Position numbers and translations under genes: made by a program. DNA of 16,798 nt from a virus. The notes under the pieces were generated by a model, which was given only the letters and a program-made list of their open reading frames with translations, was not told the DNA's origin and did no database searches. The stretch lies in the UHGV virus genome UHGV-0140151; one strand, written 5' to 3'. Below, piece by piece: positions 1 through 7,900 of this stretch. Positions within the stretch are counted from its first letter, which is position 1; every line of letters begins with the position of its first letter.

Positions 1-41
1 CTGTCCTTCCCTGATTTTTTTTACCGCCTGCATGATGTCCA

Positions 42-749
42 TCACTCGCCTCCCCAACCGATTACCTGGAATTGTCCCATCCTTGGGTGATACCAGCGTT
101 TTCCTCGGTGTTCAGCCTCCGACATCATCAGGGTAAAGGCATTCATGAAGGGAGATAAGGCCACAATAGTACGACGCGACAATACCCCCTCTGGCGTCAA
201 AAACTCATGCGTATCAGTGGGTATCCGGTAAGCGTTGACCAGGTTACGGCATTTGGCTTCAGTCAGGCCGCATTTCGCCGCTAACTGGCGGTAGCCAATG
301 TAGCCTTCTGGTATGTTGCCTTTCTTGATCTGCTCGACGGTTTCAGCGACCTGGCTAACCTTTGACTCAACAGCATGAAGCCGCTTTTGCTGCTGAACTG
401 CATTCGCAGCCATTGCAGCGATCATCTCTATTTCGGTCAACGGCTGGCGTACTTGTTCTTCCAGTTCGCGCCAGCGGTCCACCAGCCGGGCGGTGAATTC
501 GGGAGAGAGCTGCGCAACGACAATGATACTGTCACGTTTGCCTTGCTCGCCTTCAAAGACGTAGTGTGAATTTTTAACTTTAAATCCTAAGTTATTGATA
601 TTTTCGGAAACCTCCATTGGAGGAAGTGGAATAACACCTGATTTACTCAAGCGTTCAATAGTGCGTTTAACGTTATCCGGGCGACTTCCCACCAGCTCCG
701 CGATCTCAATGCTGGTCATTGATGGCTTTTCAAGAATGCAGATATCCAT
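42..749 (-). CDS. Rha-family phage regulatory protein / antirepressor-like
   Basis: 235-aa ORF. N-terminal segment (TSIEIAELVGSRPDNVKRTIERL) resembles the Phage_pRha DNA-binding domain. GAGG Shine-Dalgarno 7 nt upstream of ATG at 749; start overlaps the stop of the upstream small ORF (TGATG). Confidence 0.6.
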   Translation of the reverse strand: MDICILEKPSMTSIEIAELVGSRPDNVKRTIERLSKSGVIPLPPMEVSENINNLGFKVKNSHYVFEGEQGKRDSIIVVAQLSPEFTARLVDRWRELEEQVRQPLTEIEMIAAMAANAVQQQKRLHAVESKVSQVAETVEQIKKGNIPEGYIGYRQLAAKCGLTEAKCRNLVNAYRIPTDTHEFLTPEGVLSRRTIVALSPFMNAFTLMMSEAEHRGKRWYHPRMGQFQVIGWGGE

Positions 750-973
750 CAGTGTGCCTCCGCAATTCCGGGATTGGTAATATTGCGATACCAGGGATTA
801 GTGTTTGGTTGTGGGGAAGTAGAGAAACGACCAGTAAGAACACCATACTGATCAGGGATCAGAGAACGGGCTTCTTTTTCGGTTGCGGCAATTGCGAAGT
901 GATCGCAATGTTTTTGCAGGGAGTGGAAACGCCAGATGAATTCTGGACGTGAGCAAGGATTGGCATTAACCAT
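749..973 (-). CDS. hypothetical small phage protein
   Basis: 74-aa ORF whose stop overlaps the start of the Rha-like gene by 1 nt (translational coupling); GAGG about 9 nt upstream of ATG at 973. No recognisable domain. Confidence 0.35.
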   Translation of the reverse strand: MVNANPCSRPEFIWRFHSLQKHCDHFAIAATEKEARSLIPDQYGVLTGRFSTSPQPNTNPWYRNITNPGIAEAH

Positions 974-1388
974 AGTTACGGCCTCACAATCAGGTTTAAC
1001 AACCTGCTACCCGCTGTCAAACAGGTGGCAGGACGTGACAGGGTTGACAGACTGGCGATTGTGAAACCAGCAGGCCGAAGCCTCCCCATCACGCCCCACC
1101 ATAATTTGGGCGTAACGCGGTTTAACGGACACAAAAATACCGCAATATCGGAAATCTGCGGTTGTCCGCACAATCATTCAGGCTGTCAAACCTGGTCGCA
1201 GAATTTGCTACGACGGCATGAATATAAGCCTGAACATTAGAAAGATCAACAGAATTTTTATCAGATGCTGTTTTTTGTGACGATGTAGATCATACATTCC
1301 CGATTAGAAACATCAATTTAATTTTCTAACACATAATTACGAGCGATGATTTTTCCGCCGCACAGTTATTGTACAGTCAATCGCAACA

Positions 1389-2348
1389 TCATCCCCGAAA
1401 GCCCTCCGGAATTGACCAGTCTTCCCGGTCAAATTCAGACCGATAGCCACGCTGTTTCATCAGGTCAAATGCTTCATTGATGGTTGCACATCCCTGGGAA
1501 CCAGAATAATCCATAGAGAAATCCAGGGCGCTGGATCGTTTGGGCTTATTCACCGTGGTAGCACTACGTATCCATGCAAATTTTTTTGCCAGTTTTTCAG
1601 CGGTACGATACAGAGCCTGCCGTTTTGCATACCCCTCGTCTGAACGACGCTTTGCAGCTCTCGCTTTTGCCGCCGCCAAACAGTGGTTGGTATGTTCTTC
1701 CCTGATTACTGTTTTTTTATCCAGCAAGCCATTATCCGCTTGAGAACTATCTGCTGGTGAAGCCTTTGGCTGAACCGCGCATGATCTTTCTCTTCTTTTG
1801 GCTATAGAGTGACTCTTATTTTCTATTGGCTGTTCATTTTGAACATGGGGGGGCTTGTTCAATTTGAACAGGGGGTGCCCAGTTTCAAAAAAATGACGAA
1901 CCTTTGAAATCAACTGCTTAACCAGTTTTGTGGCGTTGGCAAATTTGATGCCCTGCTTACTCCCTATCTCCATTGCTACATGAATGAAGTGGAGAAATTG
2001 TGTTGTAAACCGGTACACGTTACACACCTGAGCATTGTTATTCGCTACCTGATGCTGCTTAACAAGCATTCCGCACTTCGTCGCTTCAGTAAATGCCCGG
2101 CGCACAGTAGAAATACTGCGTCCTGTAATCTCGGACATATCAGCATATGAGCGACGGATCATGTATTCATCGGTAGCTCCTGCCAGGTTGGCGAACTCGG
2201 CAATAATGGCGCTATGTGAAGGGGAAAGAAAACCGCTATGACGAGCAAAAAAACTCAACTGATGACCTTTGATTTTTTTGTGGTATTCAGTGTTGTTTTT
2301 ATACTCAGAAGTGTTGAAAGTCACTGAAACTGAATTTAAAATACTCAC
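1389..2348 (-). CDS. hypothetical DNA-binding protein (helix-turn-helix-like segment, basic C-terminal half)
   Basis: 319-aa ORF with apparent GTG start. HTH-like stretch (MSEITGRSISTVRRAFTEATKCGMLV) and lysine/arginine-rich region. Function not recognised; a replication-initiator or regulator role is speculative. Confidence 0.5.
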   Translation of the reverse strand: MSILNSVSVTFNTSEYKNNTEYHKKIKGHQLSFFARHSGFLSPSHSAIIAEFANLAGATDEYMIRRSYADMSEITGRSISTVRRAFTEATKCGMLVKQHQVANNNAQVCNVYRFTTQFLHFIHVAMEIGSKQGIKFANATKLVKQLISKVRHFFETGHPLFKLNKPPHVQNEQPIENKSHSIAKRRERSCAVQPKASPADSSQADNGLLDKKTVIREEHTNHCLAAAKARAAKRRSDEGYAKRQALYRTAEKLAKKFAWIRSATTVNKPKRSSALDFSMDYSGSQGCATINEAFDLMKQRGYRSEFDREDWSIPEGFRG

Positions 2349-2410
2349 CAGATAGTACCGTGAAAAATCTATCTACCGTATAAATCTATGTCCGGAGATT
2401 TATACACCCA

Positions 2411-2441
2411 AAAGCCGCTTCTCAGCGGCTTTTGCTTTTTT
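2411..2441. terminator. putative intrinsic terminator (possibly bidirectional)
   Basis: Stem aaagccgc / gcggcttt with a 6-nt loop, followed by ttgctttttt on the plus strand and by a 4-U run on the minus strand. Lies between two minus-strand genes. Confidence 0.4.
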
Positions 2442-2546
2442 GGCAGTCGCTACCGGAGCAGTGACCGCGATCCTACTCGATCACGTGCTGCCGGATCAAC
2501 AGTGTATAAAAACACACTGTGTTAGAAAATTAAGCTAGAGTTTTAA

Positions 2547-3545
2547 TCACATCCTCTTAGACACAAAGAACAGCGGAGTCACCGTCTTGTTCTCTTTGAC
2601 CGGTATTTCTTGTTGTTTATTGGCTGATATTGGCAGACCATAAGTGGCATTAGCCCCCAGGGATTCAAGCATCGCTGCGACAATGCGGGCATCATCCTCT
2701 GACTGCATACGGCAGAGCGCCCGGCGCTGTTCTGCGCTGATAAAAACAGGCATTTCCTGGATAGCATCACGCAAAATACGGCGGCATTTCTTCGCGTTCT
2801 CCCCCTGGCTTTCCATCATCGCGGCCTGGTCGCGTAGTTTGTCGCGAAGCTGCATATTTTCCACTTCAAGATGTATCAGTTCCGACTCCAGAACTTCACG
2901 TTGTGCTGATTCGAGTATGGCTTGCTGACTCCTCATTGCTGAAAAGTGGTGAACCAGATCCGTAGCAGCATTATCGGTAAAACCTTGTTCGATAAGTGCC
3001 GCATGAATCGCCGCGTCGCGTTCTTCTGCTGATTCAAGCATCAGGCTTTTCTTGTCGAGGCTGATATAGTTAGGCACAGTTACGTAATCAAAACCGTGAA
3101 AAGACTTTACCAGGGATACAGAGTAATCTGGACCAGATGTAGCCCATGACCAACCGCCTGCGCCAGAATTAATCATACCCTGAACAATACGTCCGGTGTC
3201 CGTATCCAGTATTTCCTGTGTATGGGTAACAATGCCGTTGTCGTCAATTGAAATATCAATAGTCCTGTTTGACGGCACGTTCTCCAATACAACAGGCTTC
3301 CCATCTACCATCACAACAGAGACTTCCGGCAAGTCCAGGCTTTTCGTTTTGTTATAGTGCATCGCCCGGCGACCATGACCGTAATAACCATACATCTCAC
3401 CCAGCGCGATACGCTCTTTTGTTTCTGGCGAGTTGAATGTGTCTCGTACCGACTGGATAACGTAATTGCGATTGTTCTGAGGTGTGTGTTTGCGGATTTT
3501 CTCTACCAGGGAGAAGCGATCCGTAACGGTATTCAGTGATTGCAT
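2547..3545 (-). CDS. putative prohead protease / scaffold-like head morphogenesis protein
   Basis: 332-aa ORF directly downstream of the putative portal gene, with GGAGGG Shine-Dalgarno and a 13-bp gap. N-terminal globular part followed by a long charged coiled-coil-like C-terminal region, an architecture typical of protease-scaffold proteins. Inferred from gene order; not verified. Confidence 0.4.
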   Translation of the reverse strand: MQSLNTVTDRFSLVEKIRKHTPQNNRNYVIQSVRDTFNSPETKERIALGEMYGYYGHGRRAMHYNKTKSLDLPEVSVVMVDGKPVVLENVPSNRTIDISIDDNGIVTHTQEILDTDTGRIVQGMINSGAGGWSWATSGPDYSVSLVKSFHGFDYVTVPNYISLDKKSLMLESAEERDAAIHAALIEQGFTDNAATDLVHHFSAMRSQQAILESAQREVLESELIHLEVENMQLRDKLRDQAAMMESQGENAKKCRRILRDAIQEMPVFISAEQRRALCRMQSEDDARIVAAMLESLGANATYGLPISANKQQEIPVKENKTVTPLFFVSKRM

Positions 3546-3558
3546 TATTTCCCTCCGG

Positions 3559-5244
3559 TTAATTATTGCTCATCACAAATTTTGCAAAGTTGATTAATTG
3601 TTCTTGCGTCCAGTTTTCCGGATCGTCACCGGACGACAACGGCGCGGATTCGTACATACCATGCTCGTTGTTTTGCTCTGATTCATTCGCCTTAAACTCT
3701 TTGATCATTGTGTTGAGAGTGTCATCGTCGATACGAAGCTGTTCGTTGAACAGATAACGCATAAACGCGTCGCTACCCGCCAGTTTCGGGTTGTTCTGGA
3801 TCTGGTCCATTATTTGCGAGATGACAGCTACGAAGTTGGCGCGCGCATCCAGCTCTCGGTTTTCCTCTTCCTGGATAGCTGTGTTCATTGAGTTGAATTG
3901 CACGTCATAAGGACGGTTTTTTTCGGTGTAAACCTTCCCGTATTTATAAGCGAGGTGAATGTCATGAAGCCGATAAATAGTCCGCTGGGCGGCCTGTCTG
4001 ATCCAGTTCGCGCGTAATGCGGCCTGGATAGCTGTTTGCTGCCAACCGCCTTCTCCAAGTCCACCACTCATCTGATCAGCCCAGCCAAGCATTGTTGCGT
4101 CAATACCGAGGCTTGCCGCGAGCTGTCGGAGATGAAACATAACGTCTTCGATACCACTGATATCTGCGGGTATAGATTGCGTATCAATGGTGATCCCGTT
4201 CTTCCCATCCCCCATGACAGGTATCAGATGGTTAAGTACAGACGGGAGAGCATTAGAATTAATCGACCGTTGCGCTACGAGGTCGCTATGACGCTTCAGT
4301 GCCTGGCTGACCCCGCGCGTATAATTCGCCGCGTTTACCGGATCTATCGTGTTCGTTGTGAGTGCAATCAGGCGATCAATTTTTGCAGCGTTGTTTCGCG
4401 TTGCTTTCAGCGCAGCAAGCGCGGCACATAAATTCAGGTAGGGTTCATAACTGTATTCAAGAAACGACGTACCGTAGTTCTGCGTCTCCATTAACGGCTT
4501 GTCCTGCTGTTCACTAAGCAAGGAATAGCCTTTAGTGCCGTAAGTTACTGGCATTACTTTATGCTGAGGCGTCCAGTACGGGTTTTTCATGGAAACCAGA
4601 TTCCACGGTTCGGTTATAACCCTGCGCAAAGTATGCGTATCCAGAATGTAATCACCGCTGAATCCGACAAGTTGGCTGCCGCGATAAAACTCCTGAACGA
4701 AATGAGGGAGCGTGTAATAGCTCGACTCAATTCCAGTTATCCCCTTCCCTTGCTCTGCATATGGACGGATATACGACACACCGAAAATAGCCATGATCAT
4801 GGCCCACGATGGCAGGCCATCATTAATCATTGAGCTTAAATCAGCGGTCAATTCCTCACATCGACTTACAGCCTCCTTATCCGCCCCATTTTTCGGAGCG
4901 AGAATAAATGCGAGGCCTGTTTTTTTTGATGGAGCCAGAGAATGCGCAATGTGAATGTTTAATGCTGTGGAGATTGTCGGGCTTTTCGCCATCGTCTCCA
5001 GTATGTTGTATTTTTGCAGGCGGTCACTCGGTAATTCTGCCGATATAGATACTGTATCCGCCGCGCTTGTCATGCCATCGCTATTGCTCCCCAGGATGCC
5101 AGGACGCAAGGCGGACAGGCCAGAACGAGCAACGACGCTATGCCCGCTCGTAAATACGACCGGATCGGCAGGCGTAACATCACCACCGCTGAAGGCTTTC
5201 TTCAATGCCGACAGAAAGCCCTTGTTTTTGTCTTTCGTTGCCAT
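3559..5244 (-). CDS. putative phage portal protein (or other large head protein)
   Basis: 561-aa ORF first in a tightly packed minus-strand pair; size and position consistent with a portal protein. Assignment is by context only. Confidence 0.4.
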   Translation of the reverse strand: MATKDKNKGFLSALKKAFSGGDVTPADPVVFTSGHSVVARSGLSALRPGILGSNSDGMTSAADTVSISAELPSDRLQKYNILETMAKSPTISTALNIHIAHSLAPSKKTGLAFILAPKNGADKEAVSRCEELTADLSSMINDGLPSWAMIMAIFGVSYIRPYAEQGKGITGIESSYYTLPHFVQEFYRGSQLVGFSGDYILDTHTLRRVITEPWNLVSMKNPYWTPQHKVMPVTYGTKGYSLLSEQQDKPLMETQNYGTSFLEYSYEPYLNLCAALAALKATRNNAAKIDRLIALTTNTIDPVNAANYTRGVSQALKRHSDLVAQRSINSNALPSVLNHLIPVMGDGKNGITIDTQSIPADISGIEDVMFHLRQLAASLGIDATMLGWADQMSGGLGEGGWQQTAIQAALRANWIRQAAQRTIYRLHDIHLAYKYGKVYTEKNRPYDVQFNSMNTAIQEEENRELDARANFVAVISQIMDQIQNNPKLAGSDAFMRYLFNEQLRIDDDTLNTMIKEFKANESEQNNEHGMYESAPLSSGDDPENWTQEQLINFAKFVMSNN

Positions 5245-5476
5245 GATTCACCGCAAAAGGTTTCCGATTTCGTGGCAGCTTATCCAGTGTGTGATTTCAT
5301 CAGTAATTTTTCGTTGTTTTCACCATATGCTGATGTTTTTTCATATGCGGAAATGCTTTTCCAAAAACGCAACAACCAAACAAAAAAGTCATGTTTATAA
5401 ACATTTTTGTTGTGTTTTATATCTTTTGTGTTACCATTCTTGCCGCCCATGATGGATAAATTGCATAAGGAAACTT

Positions 5477-5659
5477 GTGAAGTATTCAGAGTTCAAACGC
5501 TGGTTAATCCAGCAAGGGGCAGAGTTCAGGAAAGCGCCTGGTGGCGGCAGTCATCAGAAAGTGAACCTGAACGGAAAGCGGTCGGTTTTCCCGGACCACG
5601 GTTCAAAGGAAATGCCTGAACCGCTACGCAAGAAAATAATGAAGGACCTGGGGCTTTAA
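5477..5659 (+). CDS. hicA: HicA-family mRNA interferase toxin
   Basis: 60-aa ORF with GTG start preceded by AAGGA. Sequence (GSHQK...GKRSVFPDHGSKEMPEPLRKKIMKDLGL) recalls E. coli HicA; immediately followed by hicB. Confidence 0.85.
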   Translation: MKYSEFKRWLIQQGAEFRKAPGGGSHQKVNLNGKRSVFPDHGSKEMPEPLRKKIMKDLGL

Positions 5660-5689
5660 GCCCCAGCCTTTTTCACTAGGAGCTTCTCT

Positions 5690-6121
5690 ATGTTTAACTA
5701 TCCGGTAAAACTGGAGCGCGACGACAAAACCGGCGCGTATGTCGTATCATGCCGCGACCTACCATTGTTTAATTCCGTGGGTGACTCAGTTGAAGAAGCG
5801 TTGCTTGAGGCTGGTTATGGATTGGTCGCAGCGGTTGCGATTGAGATTGAAGAACGCCGACCTGTTCCCACTGGTAGCGAGCCAAAAGAAGGTGAGTACG
5901 TTGTCTCTTTGCCAGTGCTACCAGCAATGAAGGCTGCACTCCACAACGCGATGATAGAAACCGGCACACGCAAAGCAGAGTTGGCGCGCAAACTCGGCAA
6001 AAATGGAACACAGATTGATCGGCTTCTCGACGTCGAACATTCATCGAAAGTTGAAACTGTCGAGCTGGCACTGCATCAACTGAATAAAAATATCGCCGTA
6101 TCTGTCACACCAATGCGGTGA
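5690..6121 (+). CDS. hicB: HicB-family antitoxin
   Basis: 143-aa ORF with AGGAG Shine-Dalgarno. HicB-like N-terminal domain and C-terminal HTH (RKAELARKLGKNGTQIDRLL). Its stop codon TGA (6119..6121) lies inside the IS-end-like repeat copy. Confidence 0.85.
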   Translation: MFNYPVKLERDDKTGAYVVSCRDLPLFNSVGDSVEEALLEAGYGLVAAVAIEIEERRPVPTGSEPKEGEYVVSLPVLPAMKAALHNAMIETGTRKAELARKLGKNGTQIDRLLDVEHSSKVETVELALHQLNKNIAVSVTPMR

Positions 6122-6147
6122 CTGCTCCCCGCCCTGGCTGGGCGAGG
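6118..6147 (+). repeat. solo copy of the IS200/IS605-type subterminal hairpin (gtgactgctccccgccctg...ggcgagg)
   Basis: 19-nt exact match to 7717..7735 (the end of the tnpB element), followed by the same imperfect palindrome ccccgccc-N-gggcgagg. Confidence 0.55.
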
Positions 6148-6293
6148 ATTTACGGGGTATTTGTTAAAAACGCTCTATTCAAAGAAGAAATACCGAATCC
6201 CCCGGAGGTTATCCGGGGTGTCCGGTCGCCAGGTCAGGTTTCCAGCCCAAAATCGCTTTGTTCTGTTTTGGCTTCGAACATCGTGAAGTTAAG

Positions 6294-6310
6294 CCCTCCC
6301 TCCCCCCCCC
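6294..6310. repeat. homopolymeric C tract (ccctccct + 9 C)
   Basis: Directly visible: ccctccctccccccccc. Lies about 85 bp upstream of the putative -35 of the cargo operon. Confidence 0.9.
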
Positions 6311-6391
6311 ATTTTTACAGGATAAATATCAACCGAATTTATCTCATCGACATCTCTAATCGAAATCAGTGCTACGCCCAGTTTACTAAAC

Positions 6392-6419
6392 TTGCAGTTT
6401 AATAAAAAATTAGTATCAT
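6392..6419 (+). promoter_or_regulatory. candidate sigma70-type promoter for the XRE / 252-aa operon
   Basis: TTGCAG (6392..6397), 16-nt AT-rich spacer, TATCAT (6414..6419); GGAGGG Shine-Dalgarno at 6430..6435 precedes ATG 6441. The -35 match is weak. Confidence 0.3.
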
Positions 6420-6440
6420 GGTGGATATCGGAGGGTGGTG

Positions 6441-6896
6441 ATGAAAACATCTTATTTGACAATTTTAGCATTTCATATTCGAGACCTTCGCGAGGAGAAA
6501 GGAATCACCCAATTAGACATAGCGAACAAGCTAGGTATGACAAGTGCTGGTTGGGGGAAAATTGAAAATGGCAAATCGGCTCTCTCAGTAGAGAATATGT
6601 TAAAATTTTGCAAGATTATGGATATAGATCCATGCGTCCTACTTAACATATCTACAGAGTCCGCACGGATGTTAATTGAAAAAGGCTGGGTAGTATCTTA
6701 TTCACCTGTTGAGCGTGATAATCTTATAGATGGGAAAAATATATATACCAAGCTACATACAATGAATAATATTATGAGGAAATTTGTTGGTGAGCATTTG
6801 GAGGAAATATTAACAAGAGAATATAAAGACAGCATAACAAAATGCTCAACAATTTATATGGTTATTGTCAATAAGTTAGGTGTAAACATTATTTAA
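6441..6896 (+). CDS. XRE-family helix-turn-helix protein with a C-terminal domain of unknown function
   Basis: The ORF track starts at GTG 6435; ATG 6441 is preferred because of the Shine-Dalgarno spacing. HTH motif (ITQLDIANKLGMTSAGWGKIENGKSALSVENMLKFCKIMDID). AT-rich codon usage unlike the flanking genes. Confidence 0.75.
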   Translation: MKTSYLTILAFHIRDLREEKGITQLDIANKLGMTSAGWGKIENGKSALSVENMLKFCKIMDIDPCVLLNISTESARMLIEKGWVVSYSPVERDNLIDGKNIYTKLHTMNNIMRKFVGEHLEEILTREYKDSITKCSTIYMVIVNKLGVNII

Positions 6897-6913
6897 GCAA
6901 GTGGAGTGTGGAT

Positions 6914-7666
6914 ATGGCTTATCGCGCAGATAGAGATTTAACATTTTTATCGCAGTGCAGCGATTGTGATCTTGATGATCTGGTCAATCTGTTGATTTAT
7001 GACAACGATGGAAAAAAACGCTGGACTGAAGAGTTATCAAACAACCCACTATATAAGCAATTTAGACCTCAACATAGCTTATACTGGCGTGAAATTGCAG
7101 CCGAAATCCAATGCTATGGTGGAAATACATTTGCAACATTGTTGCGTGGTGGAAAAGGAGTTTACTATAAAGAAATTCTTATTGATGTGTGTAAAAGGCT
7201 AAAAGTAAACTTTAATTCTGAAAGCGAAGTGGATGTGATTGAGAGAAATCTTCTTATGAAGATTTTAAGTGATGCTTTAGATAAAATGCCGCAGCAAGAC
7301 ATAAAAGAACTTGCTTTAGAGTTTGGTTTAGTAAACTTAAAAACATTCAATCGTGAAGCGATGCTGGCTGCAATACAATATATTTTTAATAGTGGCGGAT
7401 TTCGATCATATCAAATTACAGTTATGTTAGCCAATGTTATACTAAAGGCATTGATCGGTCGTGGTTTAACAATTGCAGCAAATGCGACTTTAGTTAGAAT
7501 AGTAAGCCTTTTAGCCGGTCCAATTGGATGGGCAATAACGGCCGCATGGACATTAGTTGACATTGGGGGCGCAGCTTATCGCGTTACAATACCTGCAGTG
7601 ATCCAACTAGCCGTTCTCAGAAGTAAAATAAACAATAATATAAAAGTTGATGACATTATTTTCTGA
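6914..7666 (+). CDS. hypothetical protein with a C-terminal glycine-rich hydrophobic (membrane-associating) region; possibly YaaW/UPF0174-like
   Basis: The ORF track starts at GTG 6908; ATG 6914 is preferred (GGAG 7 nt upstream). Sits 18 bp after the XRE gene. C-terminal segment GRGLTIAANATLVRIVSLLAGPIGWAITAAWTLVDIGGAAYRVTIPAVIQLAVL is hydrophobic and Gly/Ala-rich. Family resemblance is from memory only. Confidence 0.7.
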   Translation: MAYRADRDLTFLSQCSDCDLDDLVNLLIYDNDGKKRWTEELSNNPLYKQFRPQHSLYWREIAAEIQCYGGNTFATLLRGGKGVYYKEILIDVCKRLKVNFNSESEVDVIERNLLMKILSDALDKMPQQDIKELALEFGLVNLKTFNREAMLAAIQYIFNSGGFRSYQITVMLANVILKALIGRGLTIAANATLVRIVSLLAGPIGWAITAAWTLVDIGGAAYRVTIPAVIQLAVLRSKINNNIKVDDIIF

Positions 7667-7674
7667 TTAAAAAT

Positions 7675-7698
7675 GGGGCATTGCTGCCCCTTTCTTTC
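7675..7698 (+). terminator. intrinsic terminator of the cargo operon
   Basis: Stem ggggca / tgcccc with loop ttgc, followed by tttcttt; located 9 nt after the stop codon at 7666. Confidence 0.55.
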
Positions 7699-7700
7699 AC

Positions 7701-7900
7701 GCTGCATACCCGTTAGGTGACTGCTCCCCGCCCTGTCGGGCGAGGCTTCCCACTTCTCAGGCCGCAACCGTCTGTGTGACGGATTTACGCTGGCCTCCAT
7801 GGGCAGAAACGACGAGTCCCGCCGCTTGTAATTCCAGTATGCCCTTGCGTTTGATGTTGAGCGCCGCGTTGATATCGCGGTCATGTTCAACTCCACACTC
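7701..7900 (-). ncRNA. putative TnpB-associated omega RNA (reRNA) spanning the tnpB 3' end and right-end hairpin
   Basis: In characterised TnpB elements the guide RNA is made from the 3' end of tnpB plus the right end, with the guide read from flanking DNA. A strong hairpin is present at 7726..7745. Extent is inferred, not observed. Confidence 0.3.

Noticed and set aside
375-569. Short plus-strand ORF (64 aa) inside the Rha-like gene
   Set aside because: Lies entirely antisense within a longer, better-supported ORF; no Shine-Dalgarno; shadow ORF.
976-1240. Overlapping ORFs 976..1173 (-) and 1025..1240 (+)
   Set aside because: Mutually overlapping, odd amino-acid composition, no convincing ribosome-binding sites; region more likely regulatory.
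1540-1743. 67-aa plus-strand ORF
   Set aside because: Antisense within the 319-aa gene.
2579-2928. ORFs 2579..2770 (-) and 2644..2928 (+)
   Set aside because: Alternative-frame or antisense shadows of the 332-aa gene.
3566-5452. Several 60 to 165-aa ORFs on both strands (3566..3757, 3885..4067, 4036..4431, 4561..4833, 4955..5452, 5140..5400)
   Set aside because: All lie inside or antisense to the 561-aa gene; Cys/Arg-rich low-complexity translations typical of out-of-frame reading.
5407-6071. ORFs overlapping hicA/hicB in other frames or antisense (5407..5619, 5739..5930, 5769..6071, 5815..6000)
   Set aside because: hicA and hicB are well supported; the overlapping ORFs are shadows.
6199-6218. 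Hairpin ccccgg-N-ccgggg downstream of the IS-end repeat
   Set aside because: Short GC stem without a following T-run; could be a structural remnant, but nothing supports a terminator or RNA gene call.
6118-6471. ORFs 6118..6402 (+) and 6289..6471 (-)
   Set aside because: They span the IS-end repeat, the poly-C tract and the promoter region; translation is low-complexity (poly-Gly or Pro from the C tract).
6999-7350. ORFs 6999..7202 (+) and 7165..7350 (-) inside the 252-aa gene
   Set aside because: Alternative-frame or antisense shadows in AT-rich DNA.
7576-7896. 106-aa minus-strand ORF crossing the tnpB 3' end and IS right end
   Set aside because: Overlaps tnpB and the subterminal hairpin; this region is more plausibly the omega RNA scaffold than a protein gene.
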